Assembly (NCBI RefSeq): GCF_009914755.1
Contig: NC_060939.1
DNA length: 64,000 nucleotides
Direction: 5' to 3' (one strand)
Origin: the human T2T-CHM13v2.0 reference genome, Homo sapiens
In this document: piece by piece, positions 1 through 13,900 of the stretch
Position numbering within the stretch: the first letter of the stretch is position 1
Layout: every line of letters starts with the position of its first letter
The notes under the pieces: model-generated
Database searches by the model: none
Told to the model about the DNA's origin: nothing
What the model saw: the letters and a program-made list of their open reading frames with translations, nothing else
Position numbers and translations under genes: made by a program

Positions 1-3000
1 TTTCCATTCCATTCCATTCCATTCCATTCCATACCATTCAATGCCATTCCTTTCGATTCTATTCCAATCGAGTCCCTTCCATTTGACTCCATTCCACTTG
101 AGTCCATTGCATTCCATTCCACTCCAATCCACTCCACTCCATTCCATTCCTCTCCACTCCATTCCATTCCATTCTATTACACTCCACTTCACTACCCTTC
201 ACAGCATTCCATTCAATTCATTCAGTGCAATTTGATTCTATTCCATTCGATTCTATTCCAATCGATTCCATTCTATTCCATTCCTGTCCATTCGATTCCA
301 TTCCATTCAATTCCGTTTTGTTCCATTCTACTACATTCGAGTCAATTCCATTCCATTCCAATCCATTCTATTCCATTCCTTTTAATTCCATTTCATTCGA
401 TTCCATTCTCTTTGGGTCCATGCCATTCCATTCCATTCCATTCCATTCCATTCCATTCCATTCGAGTCCATTCCATTCCCGTCCATTCCTTTACAGTCTA
501 TTCCATTCTGCTTCATTCCATTCCATTCCACACCATTCCACTCCATTCCATTCCCTTCCACTCCATTCAACTACACCCCATTCCACTTCATTCAATTCCA
601 TTCCACCGCATTCCATTCCAATCCATTCCACCCCACTCTAATTCCCCGCATTCCATTTGATGCCTTTTGATTTCATTCGATTCCATTCTATGACAATGGA
701 TTCCATTCCACTTGATTGCATTCCATTCGATTCCATTCTATTAGACTCCTTCCTTTCAATACTATTCCATTCGAGTCCATACCATTCGAGTCCATTCCAT
801 TGGAGTCCATTCCTTTCCATTCCATTGCATTTAATTCTATTCCATTGTGTTCAATTCCATTTTCTTCAATTCCATTCCGTTCGATTGCATTTCGTTCCAT
901 TCCATTTCATTTCATTCCATTCCATTCCATTCCATTCCTTTCGATTCCATTCCATTCCATTTTATTCCATCCCATCCCATTAAAGTCCATTCCATTCGAG
1001 TGCATTCCATTCCAGTCCATTCCATTCGACTCCATTCCATTCCAATGCATTTCACTCAATTCCACTCCATTACATTTCATTCGATTCCATTCCACTCCAT
1101 TCCACTCCAATCAAATCAATTCCATTCCATTCCACTCCATCCCACTCCACTCCAATTCACTGCATTGCATTTGATACCGTTTGATTCCATTCGATTCCAT
1201 TCAATGCCATTTGATTCCATTCCGTTAGATTCCATTCCATTCGACTCCATTACGTTTGATTGCATTCCTTTCATTTCCATTCCATTCGATTCCATGCCAT
1301 TCCATACCTTTCCATTCCATTCCATTCCATTTCATTCCGTTCGGTTTGATTGTATTCCATTCTATTCCATTGTGTTCCAGTCTACTCCATTTTATTCTAT
1401 CCCATTCCAGTCCACTCGATTCAATTCCATTCTATTCGATTCCATTCCTTTCCATTGCATTCCTTTTGATTCCATTCAACTCAATTCCATTCCCTTCGAG
1501 TCCATTCCATTCGAGTCCAATAAATTCAAATCCATTCTATTCCATTCCATTCCATTCGTTATCACTCCATTCCATTCCATTCCATTCCATTTCGTGTGAT
1601 TCCATTCCATTCGGTTCCCTTCCATTTGAGTCCGTTCCACTCGAGTCCATTCCATTCCATTCCTCTCTACTCCACTCCTTTCCATTTCTCTCCACTCCAT
1701 TCTACTCCATTCCATTCCAATCCATTCCATTCCATTCCATTCCATTGTCTTCAATTCCATTGCATTCCATTCCAATCCCCTCCGCTCCAGTCCAATCCGT
1801 TCTATTCCATTCCTTCCAATTCCATTACATTACACTCCATTCCACTCCGCTCCACTCCATTCAATTCCATTCCACTCCTTTCCACTCCAATCCAATCTGC
1901 TTCACCGTATTCCATTCAATTTCATTCAATTCCATTCCATTCAATTTCATTCCATTTGATCTCATTCCATTCGAGTCATTCCATTTGCGTCCATTCCATT
2001 TTATTCCATTCTATTCTATTCCTCTTCATTCTATTCCATTCCATTGCATTTGATTCAATTCCATTTGAATCCATTCAATTTAATTCGATTTCATTCCATT
2101 CCATTCTATTGCATTCCAATCCATTGCATTCAATTCCATTCTATCTGATTCCATTCCATTCGAGTCCATTCAAGTCGAGTACATTCCCTTTCAGTCCATT
2201 CCATTCGAATCCATTCCATTCCAGTCCATTCCATTCGAGTCCATTCTATTCCATACTATTCCATTCCATTTCATTACATTCTATTCCATTCCATTCTAGT
2301 CCATTCCATTAGAGTCCTTTCGAATCGAGTCCATTCCACTCGAGTCCATTCCATTCGCGTCCATTCTACACGAGTCCATTCCATTCGAGTTTATTCCACT
2401 CGAGTCCATTCGATTCCACTCCATTCCTTTCCATTCCCTTACATTCCACTCCACTCCAATCCATTCCCTTCCCCTCCACTCCTTTCCCTTCCATTGCATT
2501 CCATTCCACTCCAATCCTCTGCACTCAGTTCAGTTCCATTTTTTCCCATTCCATTTCTTTCCACTGGCTTTCACTCCACTCCACTCCATTCAATTCCATT
2601 CAACCCCATTCCATTCCACTCCATTCCAATCAACTCCAATCCAGTTCACTGCATTGTATTCGATTACATTTGATGCCATTCGATTCCATTCCATTCGATT
2701 CCATTCCATTCGATCCCATTCTATTTGATCCCTTTCCATTCAATCCCATTCCATTCAATTCCATTGCATTCTATTCCATTCCATTTGATTCCATACATTT
2801 GAGTCTACTCCATTGGAGTCCATTCCATTAAATCACATTCCATTCGATTCCATTCCATTCTTTTCCATTCCATTCGAATCTAGTCCATTCCATTCGAGTC
2901 CACTCCATTTCAATTCATTTATTTCCAGTCCATTCCTTTTCATTCCATTCAAGTCCGTTCCATTCTAGTCCATTCCACTTGAGTCCAATTCATTTGAGTT

Positions 3001-6000
3001 CATTCCTTTCCATTCTATTCCATTCGTCTCCTTTCCATTCGATTCCACTCCGTTCAATTGCTTTCCATTCGATTGCTTTCCACTCGATTCCATTCCATTC
3101 GAGTCCATTCCTTTTGAGCCCATTGCATTGTAGTCGATTCCATTCGAGTCCATTGCTTTCCTGTCCACTACATTCGAGTCGATTCCATACGAGTCTTTTC
3201 CATTCCATTTCTTTTCATTCGATATCTTTCCATTCCATTCCATTCCATTCCAGTCCATTCCTTTCCATTCCATTCGTTTCCATTCCATTCGATTCCATTC
3301 CATTTGATTCCCTTCGTTTCCATTTCATTCGGTTCCATTCTATTCAATTCCTTTCCATTCGAGTCCATTCCTTTAAATTCTATTCCATTCGAGTCCATTC
3401 CATTCCAGATCATTCCAGTCCAGTCCGTTACATTCGAGTCCATTCCATTCGAGTCCATTTCATTCCATTCCATTCCAGTCCAGTCAATTCCCTTCCATTC
3501 CACTCCATTCTACTCCACTCCATTCCATTCCATTCCACTCTATTCCATTCCATTGCTTTCCACTCAACTCCATTCCATTCCACTCCACTCTACTCCACCC
3601 CCTCCATTGCATTCCATTCCCTTCATTCCACTCCTCTCCACTCCACTCCATTCAATTCCATTCCTTCCCACTCTATTCCATTCTACTCCATTCCATTCCA
3701 ATCCCCTCCACTCAATTCAATTCCGTTGCACGCCTTTCCATTCCACTCCACTCCATTCCACTTCACCACATTCCATTCGATTCCATTAGATGCCATGTGA
3801 TTCCACTCCATGCGATTCCTTTCCAGGTGATCCAATTCCATTTGATTCTATTCCATTCAAATCCATCCCATTCGATTCCATTCCATTCCTTTCCATTCCA
3901 TTTCATTGCATTGCATTCCATTCCATTCCATTGCATTCTATTCAACTCCGCTTCATTCCATTCCACTCAACTTCTTTCCATTCCATTCCATTCCATTCCA
4001 ATGCATTCCACTTCATTGCATTCTACTCCATTCCATTTCATTCCATTCGAATCCATTCCATTCCATTCCATTCCATTTCATTCCATTCCAATCCATTCCA
4101 TTCCATTCCATTCCGTTCCTCTCCACATCATTTCTTTCCATTCCACTCAAATCCATGCCATTCCAATCTATTCCACTCTACTCCATTCCTTTCCACTCCA
4201 CTCCAATCCACTCCACTCCACTATACTCCATTCGGTTTCATTCCTTTCCACTCCATTCCATTCCATTCCAGTCCATTCCATTCAATTCGAATCCATTCCA
4301 TTCTAGTCCATTCATTTCAACTACATTCCATTCCATTCCATTCCATTAAATTCAAATTCATTCCATTATACTCCAATACACTCCACTCCACATCACTCCA
4401 TTCAATTCCATTCGTTCACTTTCCGTTTCATTCCACTCCATTCCACTCCACTCCATTCTATTACGTTACGCCCCATTCCGTTCCAATCCATTCCACTCGA
4501 CTCCACTTCACCACACTCCATTCGATTCCATTCGATTTCATTTGATTACATTCCACTCGATTGCATTCCATTCGAATCCATGCCATTTGACTCCATTCCG
4601 TTTGATTCCATTCCATTCGATTCCATTCCATTCCAGTCCATTCCTTTCGGTTCCATTCCTTTCCACTCCATTCCATTCCATTCCATTCCATTCCATTCCA
4701 CTTCACTCCACTCCACTCCCATCCATTCCATTCCACTAAACTCCACTCCACTCCCATCCATTCCATTCTGTCCCACTGCGATCCAGTCCACTCCATTCGA
4801 TTCCAGGCCACTCCATTCATCTCCACTGAATTCTCTCAACTATGTTGCATTCCAATCCACTCCACTCCACTCGCCTCCACTCCACTCCACTCCATTCCAT
4901 TGTATTGCATTGCGTAACACTCCATCCCACTCCAATCCACTCCCCTCCGTAGAATTCCATTCCTTCCCATTCCACTCCATTCCACTTCATTCCGCTCCAC
5001 TCTTCTCTACTCTATTCCATTCCATTCTAAACCATTCCATTCGAATCCATTCCTCTCCACTCCACTCCACTTCAGCGCATTCCATTTGATTCCTTAGGAT
5101 ACCTTTCGATTCCATTCCATACAATCCATTCCATTCGATTCCATTCCATTTGATTACTTTCAATTGGATTCCATTCAATTTCTTTCCATTCCATTTGATT
5201 CCATTCCATTTGAGTCCATTCCATTCGAGTCTATTCCATTCAATTTCATTCCATTACATTCTATTCCATTCCACTCCATTACACTCAACTCCAATCCACT
5301 CCGTTCTCTTCCATTCCTACCCTTTCCATTGCATTACATTCCATTAAACTTCACTCCACTCCAGTCCATTGAATTCCTTTTCACCCCATTCCATTACTCT
5401 CCATTGCAATCCAATGCTCTCCCCTTCACTGCATTCCATTTGATTCCAGTCACTGCAATTCGATTCCATTCCGTTTGATTCCATTCCATTCGATTCCATA
5501 GCATTTGATTCTATAACATTTGAGTCAATGCCATTCGAATCCATTCCATTCCAGTCCATTCAATTCCATTGCATTGCATTCCATTCCACTCCACTCCACT
5601 CGACTTTACTCCACTCCATTCCTTTCCATTACATTCCATTCCCCTCCACTCCACTCCACTCCATTCCAATCTATTCCACTCCACTCCATTCCAATCCAGT
5701 CTACTCCATTCTATTACACTCCACTCCATTCCCCTCCACTTCATTCCGTTCCATTGCATTGAACTCAACTCCCCTCCACGCCACTCCTCTCCACTCCTCT
5801 CTGTTCAATTCCATTACTTCCCTTTCCATTCCATTCCATTCCTTCCACTCCACTCCACTCTATTCAACTCCATTCCACCTCATTCCATTTCACTCCACTC
5901 CACTCCACTACACATCATTCCATTCGAATCCGTTCAATGCCATTCGGTTCCAATCCACTCGCTTACATTCCATTCGAATCCATTCCTTTTGACTCCATTC

Positions 6001-7090
6001 TGTAAGATTCCATTTCATTCGAGTCCATTCTATTCAAGTCCATTCCTTGGCAGTCCATTCCATTTGATTACATTCCATTCCACTCTATTCCATTCCATTC
6101 CACTCTATTCCATTCCATTCCACTCCACTCAACTGCACTCCATTCCTTTCCATTCCATTCTTTTGCACTCCGCTGCAGTTCATTCCACTCCACTCCAATC
6201 CATTCCAGTCCACTCCACTCCAATCAACTCCAATCCATTCCACTCCACTCCACTCCATTTTATTTCAATCCTTTAACTTGCATTTCACTCCACTGCACTC
6301 CACTCCACTCCAATCCATTCCATTCCATTCCATTGCATTCGGTTCCTTTCCGTTCCATTGCAATCCCTTCAATTCCATTGCATTCCATTCCTATCCAGTC
6401 CATTCCACTCCACTCAAATCCACTCCACTCCATTCCACTCCATTCCATTCCCCTCCACTCCATTCCAATCCACTCCACTCCACTCCACTGCACATCACTG
6501 CATTCCATTCCATTCAATTGCGTTCCACTCAAATCTTCACTCCACTCCACTCCATTCCTTTAAATTCCATTGCATTCCACTCCACTCCACTCCACTCTGT
6601 TCAATTCTATTCCTTCCCATTCCATTCCTTTCCAGTCGATTCCACTCCACTCCACTCCTATCCATTCAATTCCATTCCACCCCATTCCATTCCACTCTTC
6701 CAATTCACTCAACTTCACCGTATTCCATTCGATTCCACTCAATGCTAATCAATTCCATTCCATTCGATTCCATTCCATTTTTTTCCATTCCATTTTATTC
6801 CATTCTATTAGATTCCATCCCATTAGATTGCATTCCAGTTTGATTACATTCCATTCGAGTGCATTCCATTCCATTCCAGTCCATTCCATTCTGGTGCATT
6901 CCATTCGAGTCCATTCTATTTGAGTCCATTCCTTTCAATTCCATTCCATTCCATTCCATTTCCTTGGCTTCCATTCCCTTCCTTTCCATTCCATTTCATT
7001 CCACTCCACCCAAATCCACTACGCTATATTCCTTTTGACTCCATTCCACTGCATTCCATTCCTTTCCATTCCATTGCATTCCATTCCATT

Positions 7091-7485
7091 CCACTCAACT
7101 CCACTTCACTCCAATTTGTTCAGTTCCATTCCTTCCCATTCCATTCTATTCCATTCCTTTACTTTTCATATCATTCCACTCCTTTCCACTCCATTCCATT
7201 CCATACCATTCCATTCCATTCCATTCCATTCAATTCCATTCCATTCCACTCAACTCCACTTCACTCCAATTTGTTCAATTCCATTCCTTCCCATTCCATT
7301 CTATTCCATTCCTTTACTTTTCATATCATTCCACTCCTTTCCACTCGGTTCTGTTCTATTTCATACCATTCCATTCCATTCCATTCCACTCAACTCCACT
7401 TCACAACAATTTGTTCAATTCCATTCCTTCCCATTCCATTCTATTCCATTCCGTTCCTTTCCATGTCATTCCACTCCTATCCACT
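7091..7485 (+). repeat. Tandem triplication, units of 155 and 140 bp
   Basis: CCACTCAACTCCACTTCAC...AATTTGTTCA.TTCCATTCCTTCCC starts at 7091, 7246 and 7386; copies 1 and 2 share the rare string CCTTTACTTTTCATATCATTCC. Confidence 0.9.
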
Positions 7486-10470
7486 GCATTCCTTTCCATT
7501 GCATTCCATTCCTTTCCATTCAACTGCATTCCAGTTGAATCCTCTCCACTCTGCACAATTCCATTCCATTCAATTCCATTCCATGCCATTCCACTCCATT
7601 CCACTCCACTCCAATCCACTCAACACCATTACATTCCATTCTATTCTATTCCATTCCACTCCATTCCATGCCATTACACGCTATTCAACTCCACTCCACT
7701 CCTCTCCAATCCATTCCATTGCATTACAATCCACTCCAATCCACTCCACTCCTTTCAATTCCATTCCTTCCCATTCCATTCGACTCCATTATACTCCACT
7801 CTACTCCACCACATTCAACTCCATTCCACCCCATTCCATTCCACTCCATTCCATTCCACTTCACTCCACATAACCGCATTCCTTTCGATTTCATTCGAAG
7901 CCATTCCATTCCATTCCATTCCATTCCCTTCTATTGCATTCTCTTCTATTAAATTCATTTTGATTCCATTCTATTCGATTCCATTCCATTCGATTCCATT
8001 CCTTTCAATTCCATTCCATTCAATTCCATTTCATTCAATTTCAGTCCATTCAATTCCATTCCATTTGATTCCATTACATTCAATTCCATTCCTTTCAATT
8101 CCATTCCATTCAAATCCATTCAATTCCATTCCATTCCATTCAAGTCCTGTCCATTCCATTCCTCTCCATTCCATTCCTCTCCATTCCACTCCACTCCACT
8201 CCACTCAGTTAAATTCCAATCCTTCCCATTCCATTCCATTCCACCGCATTCCACTCCACTCCGCTCCATTCAATTCCATTCCAGGACATTCCATTCCATT
8301 CCATCCCCCTCCACTCCACTTCACCACATTCCACTTGATCCCATTCGATGCCTGTCAATTCCAATCCTTTTTATTCTATTCCATTCCATTCCACTGCATT
8401 CCTTTCCATTTCAGTCCTGTCCATTCTATTCAAGTCCATTCAATTCCAGCTCATTCCAATCCATTGCATTCACCTCCACTCCACATCACTGCACTCCTCT
8501 CCACTCCATTCCATTGCATTCCAATCCACTCTGTTCAGGTCCATTCCTTCTCATTCCATTCCATTCCACTCCATTACCTTCCACTCCACTCCATTCTGTT
8601 CCATCCCACCCCATTCCATTCCACTCTGTTCAACACCAATCCACTCCACTTCTAGAAATTCCATTCGATTCCAATCGATTCCTTTCTACTCCATTCGATT
8701 CAATTCCATTCGATTCCATTCCATTCGAGTCCATTCCATTCGAGTGCATTCCATTCCGTTCCATTCCATTCCAGTCTGTTCAATTTTAGTCTGATCCACT
8801 CCACTCCATTCCACTCCGTTCAGATCTATTCCTTCCCATTCATTCCATTTCACTCCGCTGAACTCCACTCCACTCCACTCCATTCAATTCCACTCCATCC
8901 ATTCCATTCCTCTCCATTCCACTCCACTCCAATTCAATGCATTCCGCTTGATTTCATTCGATGCCGTTCGTTTCCATGCCATTTAATTCCGTTGCATTCG
9001 ATTCCTTTCCATTCGAATCCATTCCTTTAGAGTTCATTCCATTTAAGTACATTTCATTCGATTCCATTCCATTCCATTCCTTTCCATTCCATTCCATTCC
9101 ATTTCATTCCATTCCAATCCAATCCATTTCATTCTATTCCATACGACTCCTTTCCATTCGAGTCCATTCCATTCCAGTCCATTCCATTTGAGCCATTCCA
9201 AAGCTTTCCATTTCATTCCATTCCATTCAATTCCATTACATTCCACTCCAGTCCACTCCACTCCATTCCATTCCATTTGACTTCTCTCCCTTCTATTCCA
9301 CTCCCTTCCACTCGATTCCACTCCTTTCAATTCCATTCCATTGCATTCCATTCAATTCCTGTGCAGTCCATTCCAGTCCTTTCCATTCCATTGCATTCAA
9401 TTCCACTACACTCGTCTACACTCCACTACTTTCCATAGCATTCCACTCCAATCCATTCCAATCCACTCCACTCCATTCCACTCCACTGCACTAGAATCCA
9501 CTCCATTGAACTCCACTCCTCTCCACTCCACTCCATTCCATTCTACTCTACTCTGCTATATTCCAATCCATCCCACTTCACTCAAATCCACTCCATTCCA
9601 CTCCAATCCACTCCATTCCACTTCATTCCACTCCACTCCAATCCACTCTACTCCAATTCAGTAGATTCCATTTCACTCCACTCCACTCCATTCCACTCCA
9701 GTCCACTACATTCCAATCCATTCCATTCCACTCCACTCAAATCAACTCCACTCCACACGATTCCATTGCAATCCGCATCTTTCACTCCACTCCACTCCAG
9801 TCCACTCCACTTTATTCCATTAAACTCCACTCCATTGCATTCCACTCCAGTCCACTCCATTTCACTCCACTCCACTCCTTTCCCCTCCACTCCTTTCCAC
9901 TCCACTCCACTCCACTCCTGTTTTAATCTCCATTCCACTCCACTTTATTATATTCCATTCCACTCGATTCCACTCCACTACACTCCGCTCCTCTCATTGC
10001 ACTCCATTCCATTCCACTCCACTCCATTTCACTACACTCCACTCCATTCAATTCCATTCCACCCCATTAAATTCCTCTCCGTTCCATTCCACCCCACTCT
10101 ACTTGACAGCATTCCATTCACTTCCATTTGATGCCACTTGATTCCACTCCATTTGATTCCATTCCTTATGAGTCCATTCCATTCGCTTCCATTGCATTCC
10201 ATTCCATTCCTTTCCACTCCAGTGCATTCTATTCCAATCCACTCCACTCCACTACCCTGCAGTCATCTCCATTTCACTCCACTACACTCCGTTCAATGCC
10301 ATTCCTTCCCATTCCTTTACATTTCGCTACATTCCACTCCACTCCAGTACACTCCATTCAATTCCATTCCACCCCATTCCATTCCACTCCATTCCACTCC
10401 ACTCTACTCCATTTCTCCGCGTTCCATTTGATTCTATTTGATGTGATTTGTTTCCATTCATTTCAATTCC

Positions 10471-10625
10471 ATTCCATTCGATTCCATTCCTTTCTATTCC
10501 ATTCCATTCCCGTCCCTTCAATTCGATTCCAGTCCATTCGATTCCATTCATTTCGATTCTATTCCATTCGATTCCATTCCTTTCGATTCCATTACATTCC
10601 CGTCCATTCAGTTCGATTCCACTCC
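10471..10625 (+). repeat. ~90 bp tandem duplication (diverged)
   Basis: CCCGTCC.TTCA.TTCGATTCC at 10509 and 10599. Confidence 0.65.
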
Positions 10626-10710
10626 TTTCGTTTCCATTCTATTCGAGTCCATTCCATTCCATCCATTCTATTAGAGTCCCTTCCATTCGAGTCCATTCCA
10701 TTCCATTCCA

Positions 10711-10960
10711 TTCCATTCCATTCCATTCGAGTCCATGCCTTTTGAGTCAATTCCATTCGACTACATTGCATTCCAGTCCATTCTTTTCGAGTCCAGTCCA
10801 TTCCAGTCCATTCTATTCAAGTCCATTCCATTCGAATCTATTGCATTCCATTCAATTCCATTCCATTCCATTCCATTCCATTCCATTCGAGTCCATTCCT
10901 TTTGAGTCAATTCCATTCAAGTACATTACATTCCAGTCCATTCTGTTCGAGTCCGTTCCA
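10711..10960 (+). repeat. ~160 bp-offset duplication in a GAGTC-rich tract
   Basis: TTTGAGTCAATTCCATTC.A.TACATT.CATTCCAGTCCATTCT.TTCGAGTCC at 10741 and 10901. Confidence 0.7.
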
Positions 10961-13900
10961 TTCCGTTTCATTCCATTCCATTCAATACCATTCCATTCGA
11001 TTCCATTCCATTCCGTTCCGTTCCTTTTGAATCCATTCCATTCGAGTCCATTCCATTCCACTCCATTTTATAGAAGTCCATTCCATTAGAGTCCATTCCA
11101 TTCCATTCCAACCTTTTCCATTCCATTCCATTCCATTCGAGTCCATTCCATTCGAGTCAATCCCATTCGAGTCCATTTCATTTCAGTCCAGTCCATTCAA
11201 CTACATTCTATTCCATTCCATTGCATTCCGTTCCTTTCCATTCAATTAGAGTCCGTTCCATTCTTGTTAATTCCATTGGAGTCCATGCCATTTCAGTACA
11301 TTCCATTTGACTCCATTCCATTCCATTCCATTCCATTCCTATCCATTCCATTCCGCTCCATTCCAATCCATTCCATTTGATTCAATTCCATTCAATTCCA
11401 GTCCAATCCATTCCAGGACAATCCACTCCACTCTACTCCACTCAGTTCAAATTCATTCCTTCCCATTCCATTCTTTTCCACTATATTCCATTCCATTCCA
11501 CTCCTCTCCACTACATTCCTCTCCACTCCACTCCAATTCACTGCATTCCATTTGATTCCTTTCAATACCATTCGATTCCATTCCATTCTATTCCCTTCCA
11601 TTCTATTCCCTTCCATTTGATTCCATTCCATTCCAGTCCATTCCATTCAATTCCATTCCATTTCATTCCATTCAATTCCTTTCCTTTCCATTCCATCCCA
11701 TTCCATTCCATTCCTTTCCATTCCATTGCATTCCATTCCATTCGATTCCATTGCATTCCATTCCATTCCATTCCATTCCATTCCTTTTGATTCAATTGCA
11801 CTCCATTCCTTTCCATTCCATTCCATTTGATTCCATTCCATTCCATTCCTTTCGACTCCATTCCATTCGAGTCCATTCCATTCAATTCCATTCCATTCAT
11901 TTCCATTCCATTCCATTAGATTCTATTGCATTCCATTTCTTTCCATTCCATTCCATTCTAGTACATTCCATTCTGTTGCATTCCATTCCTTTCCATTAGA
12001 ATCCTTTCCATTCGTATCAATTCCTTTCGAGTCCATTCCATTTGACTGCATTCCACTCCATTCCATTCCATTCCATTCTTATCCATTCCATTCGATTACA
12101 TTCCACTACAATCCATTCCAGTACATTCCACTCCAATCCACTCCACTCCTCTCAGTTCAATTCCATTCCTTCTCATTTCATTCCTTTCCACTCAATTTCA
12201 CTCCATTCTACTTCACTCCATTCCATTTCACTGCATTCCACTCCACTTCATCACGTTCCATTGGATTCCATTCAATGCCATTCGATTCCATTCCACTCGA
12301 TTCCATTCCATTCAACTCCCTTACATTTTATTCCGTTCCATTCCTGTCCATTCCATTCGATTCCATTCCATTTGATTCCATTCCGTTAGATCCCATTCCA
12401 TTCGATTCCATTCTGTTCGATCCCATTCCATTCCATTCCTTTTGATTGCATTCTATTCCATTCCATTCCATTCCATTCCATTCCATTCCATTCCTGTCCA
12501 TTCCATTCCTGTCCATTCCATTCAATTCATGTCCGTTCCATTCCATTTGATTCCATTTGATTGCATCGCATTCAATTCCATTCCATTCCACTCGATTCCT
12601 TTCCATTCGATTCGATTCGATTCCATTCCATTCCATTGAACTCCATTCCATTGCAATCCATTACATTCCATTCCATTCCATTGTTTTCCATTCCTTTCCT
12701 TTCCATTCCATTCGATTCTATTCCATTCGAGTCCATTCCATTCAGTTCCATTCCATTTGTTTCCTTTCCATTCCATTCTGTCCTGTTGCATTCATTTCCA
12801 TTCCATAACTTTCCATTCCAGTGCATTCCATTCCACTCCACTCCCCTCCACTGAATTCAATTCTATTCCTTCCCATTCCATTAAATTCCACTCCATTCCA
12901 CTCCACTCTACTCCATTCAATTCCATTCCACCCCATTCCATTCCACTCCATTCCACTCCACTCCTCTACACTTCACCGTATTCCATTTGTTTCCAATTGA
13001 TGACATTCGATTCCGTTCAATTCAATTCCATTCCATTCGTTTCCATTCCATTCAATCACATTCAATTCGATTCCATTCCATTCGATTCCATTCCTTGTGA
13101 TTCCATTCCATTCCACCATATTCCATTTGATTCCATTTCATTTGATTCCATTCCATCTGATTCCATTCCATTCCATTCCATTCCATTCCATTCCATTCCT
13201 TTCCATTCCATTCCATTCCATTCCATTCCATTCTATTCCATTCCATTCCATTCCATTCTATTCCATTCCATTCCATTCCATTCTATTCCATTCCACTTCA
13301 TTCCACTCTGCTCAACTGCATTGCATTCTATTCCATTCCATTCCATTCCTCTCCACTGCACTCCACTCCAATCCACTCCACTCCATTCCATTCCACTCCA
13401 CTCCACACCACTCCACTCCATTCAATTCTATTCCATGCCACTCCTTTCCATTCCATTGCATTCCATTCCACTGTATTCCACTCCATTCGACTCCACTTCC
13501 CTCCGTTCAACTCCACTCCACTCCTCTTCTTTCCACTCCACTCCACGCAATTGCATTCCACTCCACTCCACTCCCCTCCTTTCCATTCCATTCCATTTTA
13601 TTCAACTTCAATCCACTCCACCCCACCCCACTCTGCTCAATTGCATTCCTTCCAATTCCATTCCATTCCACTAAACTCTATTCCACTCCACTCCACTCCA
13701 TTCCATTCCATTGCACCCAATTCCTTTACATTGCATTCCACACGATTCCACTCCACTTCACTCCATTTCACCGCATTCCATTAGATGCCATTCGCTTCCA
13801 TTCCTTTCGATTCCATTCCGTTTCATTCAATTCCATTCGATCCCATTCCATTCGGTTTCATTCCATTCCAGTCCAGTCCATTCCATTCCATTCCATTCCG

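Noticed and set aside
8650-8662. TTCTAGAA, a heat-shock-element-like dyad
   Set aside because: Only two nGAAn units are in correct spacing; it is a single mutated boundary motif and expected by chance.
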